Assembly: GCA_963664395.2 (NCBI GenBank) | Contig: CAXXIS010000010.1 | Span: forward strand, 1-10,984 | Reading direction: 5' to 3' | Source of the DNA: Candidatus Binatia bacterium | GTDB lineage: Bacteria > Desulfobacterota > Binatia > Bin18 | DNA length: 10,984 bases | In this document: positions 7,956-10,984 of the stretch, piece after piece | Numbering within the stretch: the first letter of the stretch is position 1 | Layout: each line of letters opens with the position of its first letter | Made by a program: the position numbers and the translations under genes | The notes under the pieces: generated by a model | What the model was told of the DNA's origin: nothing | Databases searched by the model: none | What the model saw: the letters and a program-made list of their open reading frames with translations, nothing else

Positions 7956-8020
7956 GTATGTCGGCTTAGCGAAGCGTAATTCCGCATTTCTTGCTGACGC
8001 TCCGTACCACCTACTGTAGG
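7956..8020. repeat. Degenerate GTAG-type REP remnants
   Basis: GTATGTCGGCTTAGCGAAGCGTAATTCCGCA (7956-7986) resembles the reverse complement of 7742-7773. CCTACTGTAGG palindrome at 8010-8020. Confidence 0.55.
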
Positions 8021-8028
8021 GACGCCCC

Positions 8029-8256
8029 TCAATGCAAAGTCTTCTTTGCTTTCTCGAACTCTGACTGTTGGTCCCGCTTCTCCCGCTTCCGTTGTTCCCG
8101 TTGCAGTTTCGCGGTCATTTGTTGGCATTCGTCAGAGTGGTACTTTTTCCCCCAGCGTTCCTTCATGAACCGATGGATGCGTTCATCGCAATCGGGCGCG
8201 GCGCAAACCCTGAAATCCCAGTGACGGCCCCGGGGGCTCTTTTGAATTTTTGGCAT
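8029..8256 (-). CDS. Small basic protein with CGNR-like zinc-finger pattern (C-x4-C-x16-H-x3-C) and charged helical tail
   Basis: RVCAAPDC...KKYHSDEC followed by QREQRKREKRDQQ. Start is ATG 8256 (75 aa) or 8277 (82 aa); no clear RBS. Confidence 0.5.
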   Translation of the reverse strand: MPKIQKSPRGRHWDFRVCAAPDCDERIHRFMKERWGKKYHSDECQQMTAKLQREQRKREKRDQQSEFEKAKKTLH

Positions 8257-8263
8257 AGCACGA

Positions 8264-8296
8264 TTATTTACCGGCATAGTGCGGCAGTCTGGTCAT
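8264..8296 (-). pseudogene. hicA: Probable HicA toxin remnant (10 codons)
   Basis: ATGA overlap with the hicB stop, giving MTRLPHYAGK*. 'M-x-R/K-L-P-x-x-x-G-K' is the usual HicA N-terminus. No further HicA-like sequence was recognised downstream. Confidence 0.55.
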
Positions 8297-8505
8297 ACCG
8301 AGATTCTTTGTACACCGACCAGTTCCAGCGGCTGTGGCGCGTCTTCGCCCTCGACCTCAAGCCAGAGGGTGATTGCCTCTTGCATCCGTTCGAGCAATTG
8401 GTCAATGGACGAGCCCTGAGTATGGCAGCCTGGAAGAGCGGGAACACTCCCCACGTAATAGCCGTCTTCATCCTTCTCGATAACGATGGTGTATTCAGCG
8501 CTCAT
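8293..8505 (-). CDS. hicB: HicB-family antitoxin (short form, no DNA-binding domain)
   Basis: 70 aa MSAEYTIVIEKDEDGYYVGSVPALPGCHTQGSSIDQLLERMQEAITLWLE..., a classic HicB signature (P.LPGC.TQG....E...EAI.L.LE). RBS GGGGAG before ATG 8505. Confidence 0.92.
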   Translation of the reverse strand: MSAEYTIVIEKDEDGYYVGSVPALPGCHTQGSSIDQLLERMQEAITLWLEVEGEDAPQPLELVGVQRISV

Positions 8506-8527
8506 TTGGTTCTCCCCTGGGTTGGTC

Positions 8528-8556
8528 AGTATGGCCCAGTCCAATCGTCCTCTCAA
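8528..8556 (-). promoter_or_regulatory. Putative sigma70 promoter of hicB
   Basis: TTGAGA (8556-8551), 17 nt, CATACT (8533-8528), upstream of the RBS and ATG 8505. Confidence 0.5.
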
Positions 8557-8573
8557 GCGGGCCTGGAAGCTGG

Positions 8574-8662
8574 CCCTGATCGAAAAACAGAATCCGACGT
8601 GGCGGGATTTGTCTGACGCTCTCGTCTGACTGGATTCCTGCTTTCGCAGGAATGACGGGAAG
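8574..8662. repeat. 89-bp direct repeat, copy 2 (carries only one palindromic arm of the MITE-like element)
   Basis: 84/89 identical to 7856-7944, offset 718 bp. Includes CTGGATTCCTGCTTTCGCAGGAATGACG. Confidence 0.95.
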
Positions 8663-8666
8663 TGCC

Positions 8667-8882
8667 TTAACCGGCGAATGACTTGAGCAACAGTGAAACG
8701 ACGCCTGCAACAATCGCGCTGGTCATCCACTTCACGACCAACAGTTCCCGTTCAAGGCGCGCAATATCGGCCTTGGTCGCCAGACTTTCTTCTGACATGG
8801 CCTGAGCGGCCGCCCGCGCCTTTTCTTCGGGTGCTCCCGCCGCTATCAGTGCATCATAGAGCTCGGTCACCATCATGCTCAT
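8667..8882 (-). CDS. Small coiled-coil protein with C-terminal membrane anchor (DUF1640/CCDC90-like)
   Basis: 71 aa: ELYDALIAAGAPEEKARAAA, LATKADIARLERELLVVKWM, then the hydrophobic tail SAIVAGVVSLLL. 'L..AG..E..A', 'LATK.DI' and 'KWM' are hallmarks of this family. Confidence 0.75.
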   Translation of the reverse strand: MSMMVTELYDALIAAGAPEEKARAAAQAMSEESLATKADIARLERELLVVKWMTSAIVAGVVSLLLKSFAG

Positions 8883-8888
8883 GGCGCA

Positions 8889-8917
8889 ACTATAGGACCG
8901 TTCCTTGTCATGGGCAA
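8889..8917 (-). promoter_or_regulatory. Putative sigma70 promoter giving a leaderless transcript
   Basis: TTGCCC (8917-8912), 17 nt, TATAGT (8894-8889), 6 nt, then ATG 8882. No Shine-Dalgarno at normal spacing. Confidence 0.55.
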
Positions 8918-8989
8918 GCAGGCATTCTCCCTTGCGTGATACCGATCTTTTCGCTACGACGTGGGCAGTTTCATTCAAGGAGGGGATTC

Positions 8990-9874
8990 ATGAAATACGG
9001 CTTACACTTGGCCGGCGGCGCTTCGGTGTGTGACCGCAAGGTACTCATGGATGTGGCCCGCATTGCCGAGGAGGAAGGCTGCGACTCGCTCCTCATTGGC
9101 GACCATATTGTCCTGCCCAAAACCATTGCCTCGCCGTGGCCGTATGAGGAGTATAACGACGGCAAGCCGAATTACGATATCTACACCAGCATGGAATGGC
9201 TGGACCCCTTCGATACCATCGCCTTTGTCGCGGGTATTACCGAAAAGATTCGGCTCGGCCTGAGTGTCTTGATTGTCCCCTATCGCCATCCTTTTGATGT
9301 GGCGCGGCGGGTCGCAACCATCGATGTCTTGTCCGGCGGACGCTTCATTCTCGGCACCGGAGTCGGCTGGCTGGAAGAGGAGTTCAATCTGCTGGGCATT
9401 CCCTTTCAACGCCGCGGCAAACGCACGCGTGAATATATTGAAATGATGAAGGCGCTGTGGACCGAAGACAGCCCTCGCTATGATGGTGAGTTCATCAAAC
9501 TGGAAGAAGACGTCAACGTACTCCCGCGGCCCCTCCAAAAACCCCACCCGCCCATCTGGGTTGGAGGAGAATCGGTGTATGCCCTGAAACGGGTGGTCCG
9601 GTTTGGCGACGGCTGGCATATTGCCCTGCTGACCTTTAACCAGATTCGGCCCATGTTGGAGCAACTGAAACGCCTCATGGACGAGGCCGGACGAAATTAT
9701 GACGACCTCGAACTGACGGCCATGACCGACCCGACCCGGACCACGCCGGACGATATCAAAACCTACCGCGACCTGGGAGTGAAAGTCTTGTACACCGTGC
9801 CGCTCAGCCGCGACCCGGATAGTATCGCTCAGGAAGTCCGGTCGTTTGCCAAGCAAGTTCAGGACGTAGGGTAA
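8990..9874 (+). CDS. LLM-class (luciferase-like), probably F420-dependent oxidoreductase, Rv2161c-like
   Basis: ATG 8990 after AGGAGGGG; 294 aa. Motifs: DSLLIGDHIVLP, LDPF, IRLGLSVLIVPYRHP, DVLSGGRFILGTGVGWLEEEF, PRPLQKPHPPIWVGG, RFGDGW. Confidence 0.9.
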   Translation: MKYGLHLAGGASVCDRKVLMDVARIAEEEGCDSLLIGDHIVLPKTIASPWPYEEYNDGKPNYDIYTSMEWLDPFDTIAFVAGITEKIRLGLSVLIVPYRHPFDVARRVATIDVLSGGRFILGTGVGWLEEEFNLLGIPFQRRGKRTREYIEMMKALWTEDSPRYDGEFIKLEEDVNVLPRPLQKPHPPIWVGGESVYALKRVVRFGDGWHIALLTFNQIRPMLEQLKRLMDEAGRNYDDLELTAMTDPTRTTPDDIKTYRDLGVKVLYTVPLSRDPDSIAQEVRSFAKQVQDVG

Positions 9875-9933
9875 ATCGACGCAGAATACGGCAGCCCTCA
9901 CTGGCCTGCCCGCACAATAAGGAGGAGAAGACC

Positions 9934-10347
9934 ATGCTGACACGAGATGAAATATCTAGCGCGTTCGCCCAATGGGGTGTTGCCTGGAACGAGCACGACC
10001 TCGACGGCGTTATCGATTTGTTTCACGACGAGATTTACTTCGAGAACTGGACCGGTGGCTGGGTCAGAGGTAAGGAGAATCTGCGTCAGGCCTGGACGCC
10101 CTGGTTTGCCAATCATGGCGGCTTCAAATTTACGGACGAAGAGACCTTCATCGACGAAGTTGAACAAAAAATGCTCTACCGCTGGCAGCTTGACTCCCCC
10201 TCGTTCGAGCAGGGCCAGGAGAACAAACACGAAGCCCGGCGTGGGCTCGATATCCTGCACTTCAAAGACGGCAAGATCATTCAAAAACTCACCTACTCCA
10301 AGACGACGCTTGAACTGGACGGGGAACGGGTACGCCTGACGCCGTAA
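9934..10347 (+). CDS. SnoaL-like / NTF2-family protein
   Basis: RBS AAGGAGGAG; 137 aa. Motifs: AWNEHDLDGVIDLFHDE, VRGKENLR, RGLDILHFKDGKII.K.TY. Confidence 0.88.
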   Translation: MLTRDEISSAFAQWGVAWNEHDLDGVIDLFHDEIYFENWTGGWVRGKENLRQAWTPWFANHGGFKFTDEETFIDEVEQKMLYRWQLDSPSFEQGQENKHEARRGLDILHFKDGKIIQKLTYSKTTLELDGERVRLTP

Positions 10348-10381
10348 TGGCCTCATTAGGACAGCAACAGGAGCGTGCAGC

Positions 10382-10675
10382 GTGGCGACATTTTCTCTGG
10401 ACCAGGTAGAAATTTTTGGGACAGGCGTTCTTCAAGCCGAAGGCGTGGTCATTGATACAGATGGCGCTGCCTATGGCGCGGGTCGCAACGGCATTGTGTA
10501 TCGTGTGACCCCGGACGAGACAGTCAGCGAAATGGCCCACCTGCCGGAGGGGTCGATGCCCAACGGCGTGACCATGGACCGCGAGGGCAATATCGTCTAT
10601 TGCGACCTGGCCAAGCAGGCCGTGCTGCGCGTTTCCCAGAGCGGTCAGGTCTCGCTCATTGCCGACCGGGTGGGT
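10382..10675 (+). pseudogene. SMP-30/gluconolactonase/LRE-family beta-propeller, 3'-truncated (ORF runs on to 10810)
   Basis: GTG start after AGGAG. Motifs AEGVVIDTDG, IVYRVTPD and PNGVTMDREGNIVYCD. Family resemblance stops after about 98 aa (IADRVG) in all three frames; intact members are about 300 aa. Confidence 0.75.
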
Positions 10676-10769
10676 TGTCCCCGGCCTGGCGGCCACCGCG
10701 CGTCTGGCGAGCGCAGGTTCCTGGAAATGTACATCACCCGTCACAGGGCGAGGGAGTTGGAAACGGGCC

Positions 10770-10984
10770 TTACAAGTCCATGGGCAGACCCAGGTGTTCC
10801 GCGTAGATAAAATGCCGGTGATCCATGAGGGCCGGCGTAGCCGCGGCGGCCACGCCGGGATGATGGTTCTGGTAGAGCGGACGGAAGTCTTCGAGCATCG
10901 GACACTCGTCGGGCGGCAGGGGCTCAATCAGGTGAGAGAAGCCGGCCCAATAAATGTCCAGCGCTGACAGCGTGTTGCCAATAA
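10770..10984 (-). CDS. Glutathione S-transferase-like protein, C-terminal fragment (5' end outside window)
   Basis: Not in the ORF track. Minus strand from 10982 reads IGNTLSALDIYWAGFSHLIEPLPPDECPMLEDFRPLYQNHHPGVAAAATPALMDHRHFIYAEHLGLPMDL*, with TAA at 10772-10770. 'G..LS.LDI' is the GST C-domain N-capping box pattern. Confidence 0.65.
   Translation of the reverse strand, partial: IGNTLSALDIYWAGFSHLIEPLPPDECPMLEDFRPLYQNHHPGVAAAATPALMDHRHFIYAEHLGLPMDL

Noticed and set aside
7612-8128. ORFs 7612..7845 and 7853..8128
   Set aside because: Largely translations of palindromic repeats (MPDQVRHD, RHSCESRNP) or alternative frames of neighbouring genes.
7856-8662. CRISPR array or integron attC interpretation of the direct repeats
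   Set aside because: Only two copies, 89 bp long and 718 bp apart. No cas or integrase gene, and no RYYYAAC/GTTRRRY boxes at the repeat ends.
8506-8730. N-terminal extension of the 145-aa HicB ORF, and ORF 8495..8713
   Set aside because: They run through the 89-bp repeat and promoter (VIPAKAGIQ and FLRKQES are repeat translations). The RBS supports ATG 8505.
8693-8989. N-terminal extension of the 393-aa ORF
   Set aside because: Antisense to the coiled-coil gene. A strong RBS and the LLM N-terminus (MKYGL) point to ATG 8990.

Overview
Bacterial, GC-rich, repeat-rich window with three parts. (1) 1-4021: a PspA/IM30-associated polyamine/membrane locus. The 3' end of pspA and a DUF4178-like gene are on +. 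They converge on a minus-strand block: lipoprotein, DUF350 membrane protein and a membrane-anchored polyamine aminopropyltransferase (speE-like). The speE-like gene has a 1-nt frameshift and no clean start codon, and the block looks inverted relative to the usual co-directional order. (2) 4126-8917: an accessory/defence patch. It holds a ~1120-aa single-polypeptide restriction-modification enzyme (PD-(D/E)xK nuclease, N6-adenine MTase, Type ISP-like specificity domain) and several families of REP/MITE-like palindromes. An 89-bp direct repeat brackets an orphan hicB; the putative hicA stops after 10 codons and is followed by a small CGNR-like zinc-finger ORF. A small coiled-coil/TM ORF has a leaderless-type promoter. 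(3) 8990-10984: an LLM-class oxidoreductase, a SnoaL/NTF2-like protein, a truncated SMP-30/gluconolactonase gene and the 3' end of a convergent GST-like gene. All family calls come from motif recognition by eye; no searches were run.
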